Positions 18,626 through 29,392 of a DNA stretch of 34,343 nucleotides are shown here, in pieces; position 1 is the stretch's first letter; each line of letters starts with the position of its first letter. A model generated the notes under the pieces. The model made no database searches. It saw only the letters and a list, made by a program, of their open reading frames with translations, and was not told the origin of the DNA. This stretch comes from Nitrosomonadales bacterium (lineage in GTDB: Bacteria > Pseudomonadota > Gammaproteobacteria > Burkholderiales > Gallionellaceae): positions 1 to 34,343 of the forward strand of contig JANMWF010000014.1 in the NCBI GenBank assembly GCA_031393845.1. Reading direction: 5' to 3'. The position numbers and the translations under genes were made by a program.

Positions 18626-21600
18626 ATGCCTATTAATAAATTTACCTTTCCGAACACTTTAGTCGAGTGGCTAAACCAGCTTGGTATCGCCTCGCTTTAC
18701 GTGCTTTTCGGCGTTGTCATTTATCGCTACTTCACCATCAATGACATTGGGAGTGTTATCTGGCCGGGTAGCGGCTTGGCCTTAGCCGCAGTGCTCATTG
18801 GCGGAAAACGTTATTTATGGGGAGTACTTCTAGGTGCGTTGGTAGTGAATTTTCTATCAAGCAACTCACTTGTTTGGGTTGCAGGCGCCACATTGGCAAG
18901 CATACTTGAAGTTCTCTTGGGCGTTAGGTTGCTCACTCGCAGTGATAAATTTTCATCATCACTGAACACTCTGCGTGACTACCTGCTGTTGGCTGTATTG
19001 GGAGGAGCTGTTGCCAGCCTCATCGGCGCCCTCATTGGTACGTGCGCTTTGGTACTTTCAGGCTTCATCGCTCCAGCCGATTATTTTGAGAAAGCATTAC
19101 ATTGGTGGATGGGCGATGCGCTTGGTGTCGTGATGGTCACGCCTTTGATATTGGTTTGGTGGCATTGGTGGCGATCAAAGTCTGAGCATCGAACAGACAG
19201 GCAATGGTTGGAGGAACTGTTACTGATAAGCATCACGTTTATTGGCGGACAAATCGTTTTCCTCGGCTGGTTCCACGAAACTTAAAGCGACACACCTAAA
19301 GGTTTCATGATGTTCTTGTTCATCGCAAAGATTGCCATAAGAATTGGTATTCGTTCTACAACATTTGCCCTGAACATGGTAGCCATTCAAGCTCTATCAA
19401 GTGCTTACCTGAGAGTCGGCTTTTTTGCCAATGAAATAGCCAATGCTGGACTTCAGAATTATTGGTTTTACATGCTGATTCTGTCTGGGGTCGGCATGAC
19501 TATGGCTGCGTATGTCAATGAACTCAGCCTGAAGGAATTTGATCTGCGCGAAAGCACCCAGCACTTAAAAAGAATCCTCGATAATTTATTTTCCTATGTT
19601 GCCTTGCTGGACATCAATGGAGTGATTCTGGAAGTCAACAAGGCGCAGCTTAATCGGGTCGGATTCCACCGTAAGGATGTAATCGGCCAACATTTTTATG
19701 ATATGCCATGGTGGTCATATGACGAAAAGGTACGAGCCCAATTAATGTGGGTCATTGAAGCTGCCAAGCAAGGGGAAACACGACGCTATGACGTGGCAAT
19801 AAAAATTGGAAACAGCTTAGTTCCCATTGATTTCCAGATTTCACCGGTACGCGATGAAAGTGGCAGGATCGTTGGTCTGCTGCCAACAGGAGTGGATATT
19901 ACAGCCCGCAAACAAGCTGAGTCAGCGTTGAAGGAGAGTGCGGCGGAGCTACAAGAAGCGCAGCGAATCTCCCACGTGGGCAACTGGCAACTGGACTTGG
20001 CGACTAATCACGTCGTTTGGTCGGATGAACTTTACCACATGTTTGGGTTGAGCCCGAAGTTGCCGCCGCCGAATTACGCCGAGTACTACCGGTTCTTCAC
20101 TTCTGAGAGTTGGGAGAGATTGAGCACCTCTATGCTCCATATACAGAAAACGGGACATCCCTACGAATTAGAGCTTGAGATGGTCAGGGCAAACGGAGAA
20201 TGCAGGTGGATGCTGGCGCGCGGGGAAGCGCTGCGGAACACGAGTGGTGCAATTGCCACACTTCGAGGAGTGGCGATGGATATCACCGAGCGCAAGAGAG
20301 CTGAGGAACAAATCAAACATCTGTCCGACTATGACACGCTTACCCAGTTGCCTAACCGGCGACTTCTGATGGATCGGCTGAAACATGCGACGGCTTCCAG
20401 CTCCCGTAGCAAAAAGAATTGCGCGCTGTTGTTCATTGACTTGGATAATTTCAAGACGTTGAACGATATTTTGGGTCACGATATTGGTGACATGCTGCTA
20501 AAAAAGGTTGGGGAGCGCCTTTCTGCCTGCATCCGCGAGGGCGATACCGTAGCTCGCTTAGGAGGCGATGAATTCGTGATCATCCTGGAAAACATGAGCG
20601 AAAATGTTTTGGAAGCAGCCAACCAAGTCGAGATGGTCGGTTTCAAAATACTCGCTACCCTCAATCATCCTTATGACCTCGCGGGCAACCATCACGTCAG
20701 CACTCCGAGTATCGGCATCACTTTGTTCAGTGGCCACATGGAATCCATGGAAGCATTATTGAAGCGGGCGGATATTGCCATGTATCAAGCCAAGAAGGCA
20801 GGCCGCAATACTCTACGATTCTATGATCCTGAAATGCAGGCCGCTGTTATAACTCGTGCTGCTCTGGAAGATGACTTACGCCACGCGCTGGCGAAAAATC
20901 AATTCAAGCTCTATTTTCAATTGCAGGCCAACCACAACCGCCAGATTACCGGTGCCGAAGTACTGTTGCGTTGGCAGTGCCCAAAGCGGGGCCTGGTTCC
21001 GCCCTTGGATTTCATCCCGCTAGCGGAGGAAACTGGACAGATATTGTCTATTGGGCAGTGGGTGCTGGAGACCGCTTGCGCCCAATTAAAGTTATGGGAA
21101 GGCAACTCATGTACCCGGGATTTACAGCTTGCCGTCAATGTCAGCGCAAGGCAATTCCACCAAGCAGATTATGTTGAACAGGTCTGTAAAGTTCTGCGTA
21201 GTAGCGCGATCAAGCCCGACCGGCTCAAGCTGGAACTGACGGAAAGTTTAGTACTGGACAGCATTGAGGACACCATCATCAAAATGCATGCGCTCAGCGA
21301 AATTGGAGTGCACTTTTCCATGGATGACTTCGGCATCGGCTACTCATCTCTTTCTTATCTGACTCAATTACCATTCGATCAACTTAAAATTGACCAGTCC
21401 TTTGTACGCAATATCAGCGTAAAACCCAGTGATGAGGTTATTGTGCAGACCATCATCGGTATGGCCAAAAGTCTTCGGATGGATGTAATTGCCGAAGGCG
21501 TGGAGACTGAAGCACAACTCGCCTTTCTGGAGCGACATGGCTGCACAACCTATCAGGGCTATCTGTTTAGTAGACCCGTGCCACTGGAAACTTTTGAACA

Positions 21601-21646
21601 GCTACTAAACCAAACTCATTCCTATCCGAAGTACAGTGTGACGTGA
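18626..21646 (+). pseudogene. MASE1-PAS-PAS-GGDEF-EAL protein interrupted by an in-frame TAA at 19283-19285
   Basis: MASE1 motifs (IWPGSG, WWMGDALG); same frame continues to PAS domains, REGD I-site plus GGDEF, EVLLRW, DDFGIGYSS, IKIDQ-like LKIDQ, AEGVE; downstream ORF 19307-21646 is intact. Confidence 0.85.
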
Positions 21647-21770
21647 CATTTTGAGTTGTTTAGTATTTCTAATGGGTGTGCGAAATAGATAATGCTTCTT
21701 CACAAGGAAATAATTTCCTAAACCGCCTATGGTTTCATAAAACCACAGATGACCTTACCTTCATTTCAAG

Positions 21771-22091
21771 AACCGCAACAAGCCTAAAGATAAGAACCCG
21801 CGTCGAACACGTCTTTGCCGTGATCGAACGACTGTGAGGTTTTTCCAAAGTACTCTACCACGGCTTAGCCAAGAATGCCGGTCGCGGATTTACCGCGCTG
21901 GCATTGACAAATATTTACTTGTCTCGAAATCGATTGATGGCACAGGTGCGCCCATTGCGGGAAAATGGCTGGCGAAAAGCCTAATGAGCAGCCAGAAAGG
22001 ACAAAATAAGCGGGTTAAACTTGCCTTTTTGCATAATCACGCATATTTTGTCACGGGAATCTTGGAAATGCGAGGCTTGTTCAGCGTAGCC
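21771..22091 (+). mobile_element. IS5-family transposase C-terminal remnant with right end
   Basis: IRTRVEHVFAVIERL*GF / KVLYHGLAKNA..FTALALTNIY..RLMAQVRP; end TTGTTCAGCGTAGCC followed by TTAA. Confidence 0.8.
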
Positions 22092-22217
22092 TTAAGTGCA
22101 TGATATACCCTGAATTGTTTGTTCGATGATTACATTGTTAGCGCATTGTGCATACGGCGTCGAGGATATCCATCAATGAGGCTAAGCGACAGCATGCGCT
22201 ACCGCCAGTTCGGACAG

Positions 22218-22778
22218 TTACGTTTCTTGCAGCTTCACTGATTTCCTTTGCCATAAAATTTCTTCTTGCCCCATTGTGCGATTGAGTACACGACACAGTA
22301 TGAACAATAAGTCAGAAAGACGGTTTAGGTAGGGTAGTCCATATTGCGGTACGGCTTCGAGGTGAGCGAGTGCTGCAAAGTCTCGTTCAGCACGACGTGA
22401 CACGGTACGCGCCACATGACATTGTGCTGCGGCACGGGTTCCACCCGGCAGGATGAATTCTTTCAGTGGGGGCAGATCGGCGTTGTAGTGAGCAATGGCG
22501 GCATCCAGGTGCAGGAGTTTGTCTTCGGTAAATTGCGCAGCAGGATATGCCAATGCGCCGCCGAGATCGAACAGGTCATGCTGTACATGTAACAGCAAGT
22601 TGCGTACGTTATCCGGTATGGTTTCAGCGAGCAGTACGCCGAGGTGGCTGTTGAGTTCATCTACGCTGCCGATAGCGTGAATGCGTGCGCAAAATTTTTC
22701 CACGCGCGTGCCGTCGGCTAGTCCGGTGCTACCTTTATCCCCCGTGCGGGTGACGATTTTGCTTAAACGATTAGCCAT
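22218..22778 (-). CDS. PduO-type ATP:cob(I)alamin adenosyltransferase
   Basis: KIVTRTGDKGST, GSVDELNS, QHDLFDLG, EFILPGG, RRAER, YLNRLSDLLF; start ATG at 22778. Confidence 0.93.
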   Translation of the reverse strand: MANRLSKIVTRTGDKGSTGLADGTRVEKFCARIHAIGSVDELNSHLGVLLAETIPDNVRNLLLHVQHDLFDLGGALAYPAAQFTEDKLLHLDAAIAHYNADLPPLKEFILPGGTRAAAQCHVARTVSRRAERDFAALAHLEAVPQYGLPYLNRLSDLLFILCRVLNRTMGQEEILWQRKSVKLQET

Positions 22779-23200
22779 TATTGTTTCTCCAGGCAATTCA
22801 AATATACATTTGCATCTGGCGCTGTGCCATTACGTTGCGCCTGCCAGATCATTTCACCCAGGCATTCCATCATGCGATGTTGAGCGTCGTGTTCTGATTC
22901 ATGATGTGCGACAAGCCGCTGAAAGTGCATGCGGATACCATGCGGCTGGTTGATGGAAATCTGTTCCTCAATTGTGAGGTGCATCATCAGGTGCAGAAAG
23001 GGGTTAGTTGTGCCGTGCTCCGGTGCATAGTCCTTATCCTGATAGTGTTCCGGATTTTCCAGTATTGAGTAATATTCAGGATGCTTTTCGATAAGCTGTG
23101 CAGCGAGGTCTTCCAGTGGAGAAAGCAGCGCGCCTGCTCGACGCTTGCGCCAAGTATCGATTAGAAACATTCGTGCTTCATCTCTGCTGGGATTAAACAT
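22778..23200 (-). CDS. DUF1841 family protein
   Basis: MFNPSRDEAR, HPEY, NPFLHLMMHLTIEEQ, MECLGEMIW; start overlaps the nth stop (TAATG). Confidence 0.85.
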   Translation of the reverse strand: MFNPSRDEARMFLIDTWRKRRAGALLSPLEDLAAQLIEKHPEYYSILENPEHYQDKDYAPEHGTTNPFLHLMMHLTIEEQISINQPHGIRMHFQRLVAHHESEHDAQHRMMECLGEMIWQAQRNGTAPDANVYLNCLEKQ

Positions 23201-23832
23201 TATATTTCCTTGTGGCGGTATTCGCACAGATCAACGATGCTGCAAATGCCACATTTTGGCTTTCGCGCTTGACACACATAGCGTCCATGCAAGATCAGCC
23301 AATGGTGTGCATCATGTTTGAATTTATCTGGCACGAACTTGAGCAGTTTTTGTTCCACTTCCAGCGTGGTCTTGCCGGGGGCAAGGCTGGTGCGGTTGGA
23401 TACGCGGAAGATGTGTGTATCCACTGCGATGGTGGGTTGGCCGAAGGCAGTGTTGAGTACTACGCTTGCGGTCTTGCGTCCTACTCCCGGCAGAGCTTCC
23501 AGCGCCTCGCGTGTTTGCGGCACTTTGCCATCATGATTGTCCAATAATAGTTGGCAGGTTTGAATAATGTGCCTTGCCTTGGTTTTGTAGAGACCGATGC
23601 GCTGCACATAGCCGCGCAATTTTTCTTCTCCCAGTTCGAGAATGCCATGTGGTGTGTTAGCCACTGGAAATAATTGCCGGGTGGCGGCATTTACGCTGAC
23701 ATCGGTAGCTTGCGCAGAGAGGATCACCGCCACAAGGAGCTCAAACACCGAGTGATATTCCAGCTCAGTGGTAGGATGCGGATTAGCTGCTTGCAGGCGG
23801 AGGAAAATTTCCTGGCGCTTTTCTGGATTCAA
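23200..23832 (-). CDS. nth: Endonuclease III
   Basis: LSAQATD, HhH LPGVGRKTA, VDTH, [4Fe-4S] C-x6-C-x2-C-x5-C; TTG start. Confidence 0.96.
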   Translation of the reverse strand: MNPEKRQEIFLRLQAANPHPTTELEYHSVFELLVAVILSAQATDVSVNAATRQLFPVANTPHGILELGEEKLRGYVQRIGLYKTKARHIIQTCQLLLDNHDGKVPQTREALEALPGVGRKTASVVLNTAFGQPTIAVDTHIFRVSNRTSLAPGKTTLEVEQKLLKFVPDKFKHDAHHWLILHGRYVCQARKPKCGICSIVDLCEYRHKEI

Positions 23833-24210
23833 GAAGTGGCCTCACATAAGTAAAATTGGGCTGCGCAGTAGTTGCTCATTAATGGATAGTCTTGCATAAG
23901 GGATTCTGCAACTTCTGAGACTGGCATCCCAAAAGCGAGAAATTGTTTTGTTTTGATAACGCATGTCCAGTTTTTAAGAACCTGGCTAATATTTTACATG
24001 ACAACTTGTGGGCCGCTAGAGTCCGGAGTAACAAAAATATGAAATCGGTGTAAGGATAGGCAGGCTGGTTAGCAAAAATGAGGTGGCGTAGTGCTGTTGC
24101 GCTGGGGTAGACAATACAGCTTAAGCCAGATTGGCTTCTGTCTTGACGGATGGGTTCACTGTACGCTACGCTGATACTACATTTTGGTCACGCGCATTTA
24201 AATAAACTTT

Positions 24211-24726
24211 ATGTTTGATAAAAAAATAATTGGTTTCGCGGGTTATTCCGGTAGCGGCAAAACGACGTTACTGGAAAAAGTTATTCCTTTTCTGACTGCA
24301 CAAGGCTTGCGCATTGCCGTTATCAAGCATGCCCACCATGATTTTGACATCGATAAGCCGGGTAAAGATACCTACCGCCATCGCAAGGCAGGTGCAGGCG
24401 AAGTATTAATTGTTTCTTCGCAAAGATGGGCATTAATGCACGAGCTTAACGATGAACCGGAGCCTAGCCTGGAATATCTCTGTTCACGGTTTTCAGGCTA
24501 TGACCTTATATTGGCGGAAGGCTACAAGCATGCAGCCATACCGAAACTGGAAGTGCATCGCAAAGAAACCGGGGCCGAAAGTCTATATCCAACCGAACCG
24601 GGTATTATTGCAATTGTGACAAATAGCAAAGACAAATTTCCGCTACCTGTGCTTGATATTGACGTGCCAAAGGATGTGGCTGCGTTTATTCTGAATTATT
24701 TTTCCAGGGGAAGTCATGAAAATTGA
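24211..24726 (+). CDS. mobB: Molybdopterin-guanine dinucleotide biosynthesis protein B
   Basis: GYSGSGKTT, IKHAHHDFDIDKPGKD, EGYK, PKLEVHR. Confidence 0.95.
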   Translation: MFDKKIIGFAGYSGSGKTTLLEKVIPFLTAQGLRIAVIKHAHHDFDIDKPGKDTYRHRKAGAGEVLIVSSQRWALMHELNDEPEPSLEYLCSRFSGYDLILAEGYKHAAIPKLEVHRKETGAESLYPTEPGIIAIVTNSKDKFPLPVLDIDVPKDVAAFILNYFSRGSHEN

Positions 24727-25039
24727 GATAGTGTATTTTGGTAAGCCGAGAGAAATTTTGAAAATATCACAGGAAGCTGTAGATGTTCCGGAAGAGTCGT
24801 TGACGCTTGCCGGCCTGCTTGCATGGCTAAGTTTGCGAGGAGAAACATGGGCACAAGAAATGAACGAAGACCGCGTGCGCTGCGCGGTTAATCAGGAGTT
24901 TGCCGGTCTGGCAAGACCATTGAACGAAAATGACGAGATTGCCATCACCGCTCATTACCACGGGTGTTCAGAATTTTGGGTTGACGATCCCCGCTTAAGA
25001 CCAAATGACCACCGCATTAAACAGAACTTATATTCTTGA
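24716..25039 (+). pseudogene. moaD: MoaD paralog lacking the C-terminal Gly-Gly (foreign tail after 24946)
   Basis: Colinear with 25304-25558 up to DEIAI, then unrelated sequence replaces FSPISGG. Confidence 0.75.
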
Positions 25040-25072
25040 TTTTAAAGTAAATTTACAAATTTTAGCACAAAA

Positions 25073-25160
25073 CGTTCGCCCACCGCAGTGCGCCGTACGG
25101 AGGTTTCTCGCTTGGAGAAAAATAAATTCGCTCATCCTTAGACTGGCTCAGGACGAATGG
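25073..25160. repeat. Degenerate palindromic intergenic repeat of the CCGTTCGTCCTGAGC...GCTCAGGACGAACGG type
   Basis: cgttcgccc...tccttagactggctcaggacgaatgg; a partial copy ccattcgtcctcag occurs at ~27213-27226. Confidence 0.5.
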
Positions 25161-25221
25161 ATTAACTTTTTCTGCAGGAGGTTGAAATTTGATTACCCAC
25201 TCTATTTCACATAGAGTCAAG

Positions 25222-25303
25222 AAATTCTCATTATTTATACTTGATATAGACATGCAAAAGGAATTAGCCGTATTTATTTTGAATTATTTTTCCAGGAACA
25301 ACC
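25222..25303 (+). pseudogene. mobB 3' remnant from a tandem duplication
   Basis: aaattctcattatttatacttgatatagac...tttattttgaattatttttccagg matches the mobB 3' end (KF...LDID..K..A.FILNYFSR). Confidence 0.75.
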
Positions 25304-25558
25304 ATGAAAATTGAATTGGTGTATTTCGGTCGGCCGAGAGAGCATTTGAAGATATCACGTGAAACTGCAGATGTGCCAGCAGAAGCATCCACGCTAGCCG
25401 GTCTTCTGGCATGGCTGCGTTTGCGTGGAGATATATGGGCGCAGGAGCTGGCAGACAGCCGCGTGCGTTGCGCGATTAATCAAGAGTTTGCTGGTTTGCC
25501 TGCTGCCATTAACGAGCATGACGAGATCGCCATTTTCTCGCCTATCTCCGGAGGTTGA
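25304..25558 (+). CDS. moaD: Molybdopterin synthase sulfur-carrier subunit
   Basis: Beta-grasp-type sequence, AINQEF, C-terminal PISGG. Confidence 0.93.
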   Translation: MKIELVYFGRPREHLKISRETADVPAEASTLAGLLAWLRLRGDIWAQELADSRVRCAINQEFAGLPAAINEHDEIAIFSPISGG

Positions 25559-25559
25559 A

Positions 25560-26033
25560 ATGAGCGTGCTAATACAGGAAGACGATTTTGACCTTGCCTC
25601 CGAATTGGCAGTCCTGCGTTCCGGAAACTCAAAAGTGGGTGCCATGGTTAGCTTTGTCGGTTTAGTGCGCGATTTTAGTCATAATGAAACGATAGAAAGT
25701 ATTTATCTTGAATACTATCCCGGCATGACAGAAAAGGCGCTGAATAAAATCATTGTTGAGGCGACTCAACGGTGGAGCTTAATAAATGTCCGTGTAATTC
25801 ATCGCATTGGGCAGCTGTTTGCAAACGACCAGATCGTGCTGGTAGCGACTACGGCATTACATCGCGGTGAAGCATTTGCAGGCTGCGAATTCATCATTGA
25901 TTACCTGAAAACTGCCGCCCCATTTTGGAAAAAAGAACAAACCAGGGAAGGTTCACAGTGGCTGGAAACACGTGACACTGATGTGAAGCGCATGGAACAT
26001 TGGCATAACGATACAGTCAGGAAATCAGCATGA
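25560..26033 (+). CDS. moaE: Molybdopterin synthase catalytic subunit
   Basis: [45 protein letters not shown]; start ATG at 25560. Confidence 0.95.
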   Translation: MSVLIQEDDFDLASELAVLRSGNSKVGAMVSFVGLVRDFSHNETIESIYLEYYPGMTEKALNKIIVEATQRWSLINVRVIHRIGQLFANDQIVLVATTALHRGEAFAGCEFIIDYLKTAAPFWKKEQTREGSQWLETRDTDVKRMEHWHNDTVRKSA

Positions 26034-26509
26034 CAAATGGTATGACCCACTTCGATCAAGATGGACAGGCACATATGGTGGATGTTGCTGGCAAGAGCGA
26101 GACCCAGCGTATCGCAAAAGCGTCCGGTAGTATCAAAATGAGCCCCAGCACGCTGGAGTTAATTGCTTCCGGTACCGCCAAGAAGGGCGATGTGCTGGGC
26201 ATCGCGCGCATTGCTGCAATACAGGCGAGCAAGCGTACCGCTGAATTGATTCCATTATGTCACCCGCTGTATCTGACTCATGTTGCGGTGGAGTTTCATC
26301 TCGACCATGAGAGCAGCACGGTGGAATGCATCGCCACTACAGAAACGTTTGGCCGCACCGGTGTCGAAATTGAAGCCATGACCGCAGTAAGTATCGCCCT
26401 GCTTACTATCTATGATATGTGCAAGGCGGTTGATCGTGGAATGGAAATTAATCGGCTACGCTTACTGGAAAAAAAAGGTGGGCGTTCAGGGCATTGGCAA
26501 GCTGCATAA
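26030..26509 (+). CDS. moaC: cPMP synthase MoaC
   Basis: [42 protein letters not shown]. Confidence 0.96.
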   Translation: MTNGMTHFDQDGQAHMVDVAGKSETQRIAKASGSIKMSPSTLELIASGTAKKGDVLGIARIAAIQASKRTAELIPLCHPLYLTHVAVEFHLDHESSTVECIATTETFGRTGVEIEAMTAVSIALLTIYDMCKAVDRGMEINRLRLLEKKGGRSGHWQAA

Positions 26510-26510
26510 C

Positions 26511-27059
26511 TTATTTTTGTCGTTGCGCTGACTTGGGACGGAATGACGTTAACACGTCTGGATTCGTTTCTATGTAGGGCCCACCAATCAAATCAATGCA
26601 GTAAGGCACGGCGGCAAAAATTCCATCCAGTGTTTCCTTGATTGCTTTCGGTTGCCCAGGCAAATTCAGAATTAGGGACTGCCCGCGCGTCACGCCAAGC
26701 TGGCGTGACAAAATTGCCGTAGGAACATAACGCAGGCTGACTGCACGCATTTGTTCTCCGAAACCAGGTAACACCTTGTGTGCCACGGCCAATGTAGCCT
26801 CCGGAGTAACATCGCGTAACGCTGGACCGGTTCCCCCTGTAGTCAAGATCAGATGGCACTTCTCCTGGTCTGCCAATTCAATCAAGGTAGTCTCAATCAT
26901 CGTCTGTTCATCAGGAATTAAACGTGTGACACATTGCCATGGGCTAGTCAGAGTCTGTGTAAACCACTCTTGTAGCGCTGGTAAGCCCGCGTCCTGATAA
27001 ACGCCACTGCTGGCTCGATCGCTAATTGAAATAAGGCCAATTTTAAGTGTATTTGTCAT
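26511..27059 (-). CDS. mog: Molybdopterin adenylyltransferase
   Basis: SDRAS.GVYQD, TTGGTGPALRDVTPEAT, PTAILSR, NLPGQPKAI; start ATG at 27059. Confidence 0.94.
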   Translation of the reverse strand: MTNTLKIGLISISDRASSGVYQDAGLPALQEWFTQTLTSPWQCVTRLIPDEQTMIETTLIELADQEKCHLILTTGGTGPALRDVTPEATLAVAHKVLPGFGEQMRAVSLRYVPTAILSRQLGVTRGQSLILNLPGQPKAIKETLDGIFAAVPYCIDLIGGPYIETNPDVLTSFRPKSAQRQK

Positions 27060-27291
27060 ATGCTTCGTCAGGTCGGAGATGTAGAACAATTTTTCGCGTG
27101 GAATGTAACTTCACGATATTTTTAATTATGGTTTAACTTATTAGATAAGTCATAAAAACAATCATTTGTAAATTTTTAAAGGTGGTACGCTATTATAATT
27201 ATCGCAATAAAACCATTCGTCCTCAGACGGATTTTAGCTCCGTCTACAGACTTTTAAGTTTGCTTATGAAAATCTACTATAGATTTCCTGG

Positions 27292-28557
27292 TTAACGCGT
27301 AGTTGCCGATGCACTGGCCGTCTGCGCTTGCTCTTTCAATAAGATTATTTTACTCAATACAATAATCATCAATAAGTGGTAATAGAGATCGAAATTGGAC
27401 AGCCCAAGAAAGGCCCCGGCCGTCGCAAAGCCAACCATGCTTACTTGCCCCATTGCGGCTAAATCCGCCGCCCATTTTTTGTCAGGATCGCGTTTCGCCT
27501 GTTTTATTACCCAAGACCCGGTTTGCCATGTCAAGATAGCAAGCAATAACCATAGTCCAAGCCCGATAAATCCATGCTCACCCAGCACTTCAAAATATAC
27601 GCTATGTACATCATGGATATTGGTCGGATCCGGTGCGTACACCTCGAATGTTTGCTGCTGGAACATTTCAAACCCGCCGCCGGTGGGACGATCTTTAGCC
27701 ACATTCCATGCTGTCCACCAGGCGTTTATCCGGCCTTGAGCAGATTGATCCTGCTCATAAGTTTTAATGGTTGACATGCGGTCATACCAATCTTGCGGCA
27801 TAACCATAGCCACAATACCGATGGCGCCTACAAGCATAACGCTGGTGAAAAATTTATTCCGGCTTTTCATCCAGAAAATTGAGCCCATTACTGCGGCGCC
27901 CACCAAGGCGCCTCGAGATTGTGTGCCAATGGCCGATACTGCGGTTAGTACCATTGCAGCACCCAATCCTTGGTGTAGCCATTTGCGTGTCTCATTCAAC
28001 TGTAAATAGCGCATTAAAGGAATAGTCATTAGCAAAGCCAAAGCGATTTCATTGTTACCTTCTATGAATGTCCCTGGCGGTCCCTGGACACGGTGTGCGC
28101 CCCCTTTCAGTATCGTGAAAATTCCGCCTTTCACCCCCTAAAAACCGAGTGACAGTGCTATTATCCAAACCAGTCCATGCAACCGTTGGCGATTAGTTAT
28201 TACCAGAGGTGTAAGAAAGATCATGATTTGAATTTTGAGGACTTTTTGCAATTGCTCCCAGGCCAGATTAGAGTAAAGTGCAAAATATGTGGTTACCGAC
28301 ATCCATAAAACATACATGAGCAGTATCGTCATCTCGCGCGTCCATGGCATGTATTTCGGCTCTTTTGAGGTGAATACACTAATCAATGTCGTAATTGCTA
28401 CGATATAGGCAAAGGGCATGGAGGTCGCGAAACCCCAAGCCATCTTATGAGGGTTCATGTAACTCAACCAGGAGTAAAGGTAAAGGCCAACATGGGGACG
28501 TGATAAAGCCATAGGTAAAAGCCCAAACACTATGGCAGTGACGATCAAATCACGCAC
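27292..28557 (-). pseudogene. Exosortase A/PEP-CTERM-associated putative O-glycosylation ligase (Wzy_C/O-antigen ligase-like), split by an in-frame TAG at 28138-28140
   Basis: MRDL..YMNPH..WGF ... SLGF*GVKGG ... NNEIAL, SRGA, SAQGRINAW, HSVYFEVLGEHG; both halves share one frame. Confidence 0.82.
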
Positions 28558-28561
28558 TGAC

Positions 28562-29392
28562 TTACCTCTGTTCTTTCTCGGTGGAAGTGATGGTGAACCA
28601 TGTCACGCGCTTCTTTAAATGTATATCCTTAAGCAAGCCATCGTGCAAACTTTGTGCGAGTTGTTGCTCATGATGCCAGCCGCGATCCTTGACCTGATAC
28701 AACTTGCCCTTGCCTGATTGCGGTGTACCCAGCGCTTCGTTTCGCGCGAGGCGTCCGATCGCTTCAACGTAAACCTCGGCGCTATCGCGTACAGCGCGCC
28801 AAAATAGCGTGAGCTCGTTGTCGCCCTCATGCACTTCGGGGCAAATATGGGCGAGCAGCTTGCCGGTATCGATGCCGGAGTCGATGAAGTGTAGCGTGCA
28901 GCCGATTTTTTCCGGTTCGCCGTTATAGAGCGCCCAGAATGTGCAATCTGCGCCGCGGTATTCAGGCGACAAGCCACCATGCAGATTGACGATACCCAAA
29001 GAGCCGCGTGTAAGCAGCGCACCTTTGATGAGAGAGGTGCCGAACACGGCAATTATGTCGGGACGAAGCCGATCGGCAAGCTCGATTACACCTGGATGAT
29101 TAATGTGTGGCACCTCAGTTATCAATTCGGGTCTGTCGAGTCGTGGCTCGGCATCGCCAAAGAAAAACTTGCCTTCACCCCCGTCGGCGTAACGCTTGCG
29201 GTCGCGTAGCCAACGCCATACTTTGCGCCATAAGTTATCTGGACGTAATGGTTTAAGCATTTTTTTGTACGTCCAGTGGCTACCTGCCTCTTGGACGATA
29301 GCTACTACCCGTGCGGTTCTACATAGCCGGTTCGCGACATAAAGATGTCGCGGCGCCCGCCCGCATAGCACCATTATTGAAAGCTCAGCCAT
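28562..29392 (-). CDS. Formyltransferase-family protein (sugar modification)
   Basis: NLHGGLSPEYRG, GCTLHFIDSGIDTG. Confidence 0.85.
   Translation of the reverse strand: MAELSIMVLCGRAPRHLYVANRLCRTARVVAIVQEAGSHWTYKKMLKPLRPDNLWRKVWRWLRDRKRYADGGEGKFFFGDAEPRLDRPELITEVPHINHPGVIELADRLRPDIIAVFGTSLIKGALLTRGSLGIVNLHGGLSPEYRGADCTFWALYNGEPEKIGCTLHFIDSGIDTGKLLAHICPEVHEGDNELTLFWRAVRDSAEVYVEAIGRLARNEALGTPQSGKGKLYQVKDRGWHHEQQLAQSLHDGLLKDIHLKKRVTWFTITSTEKEQR

Noticed and set aside
21834-22103. 89 aa ORF
   Set aside because: Off-frame reading of the IS5 remnant.
19283-28140. Stop-codon recoding to explain the two in-frame stops
   Set aside because: The stops differ (TAA and TAG), and both codons end normal genes here (e.g. 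TAA in flhC, TAG in the PCuAC gene).
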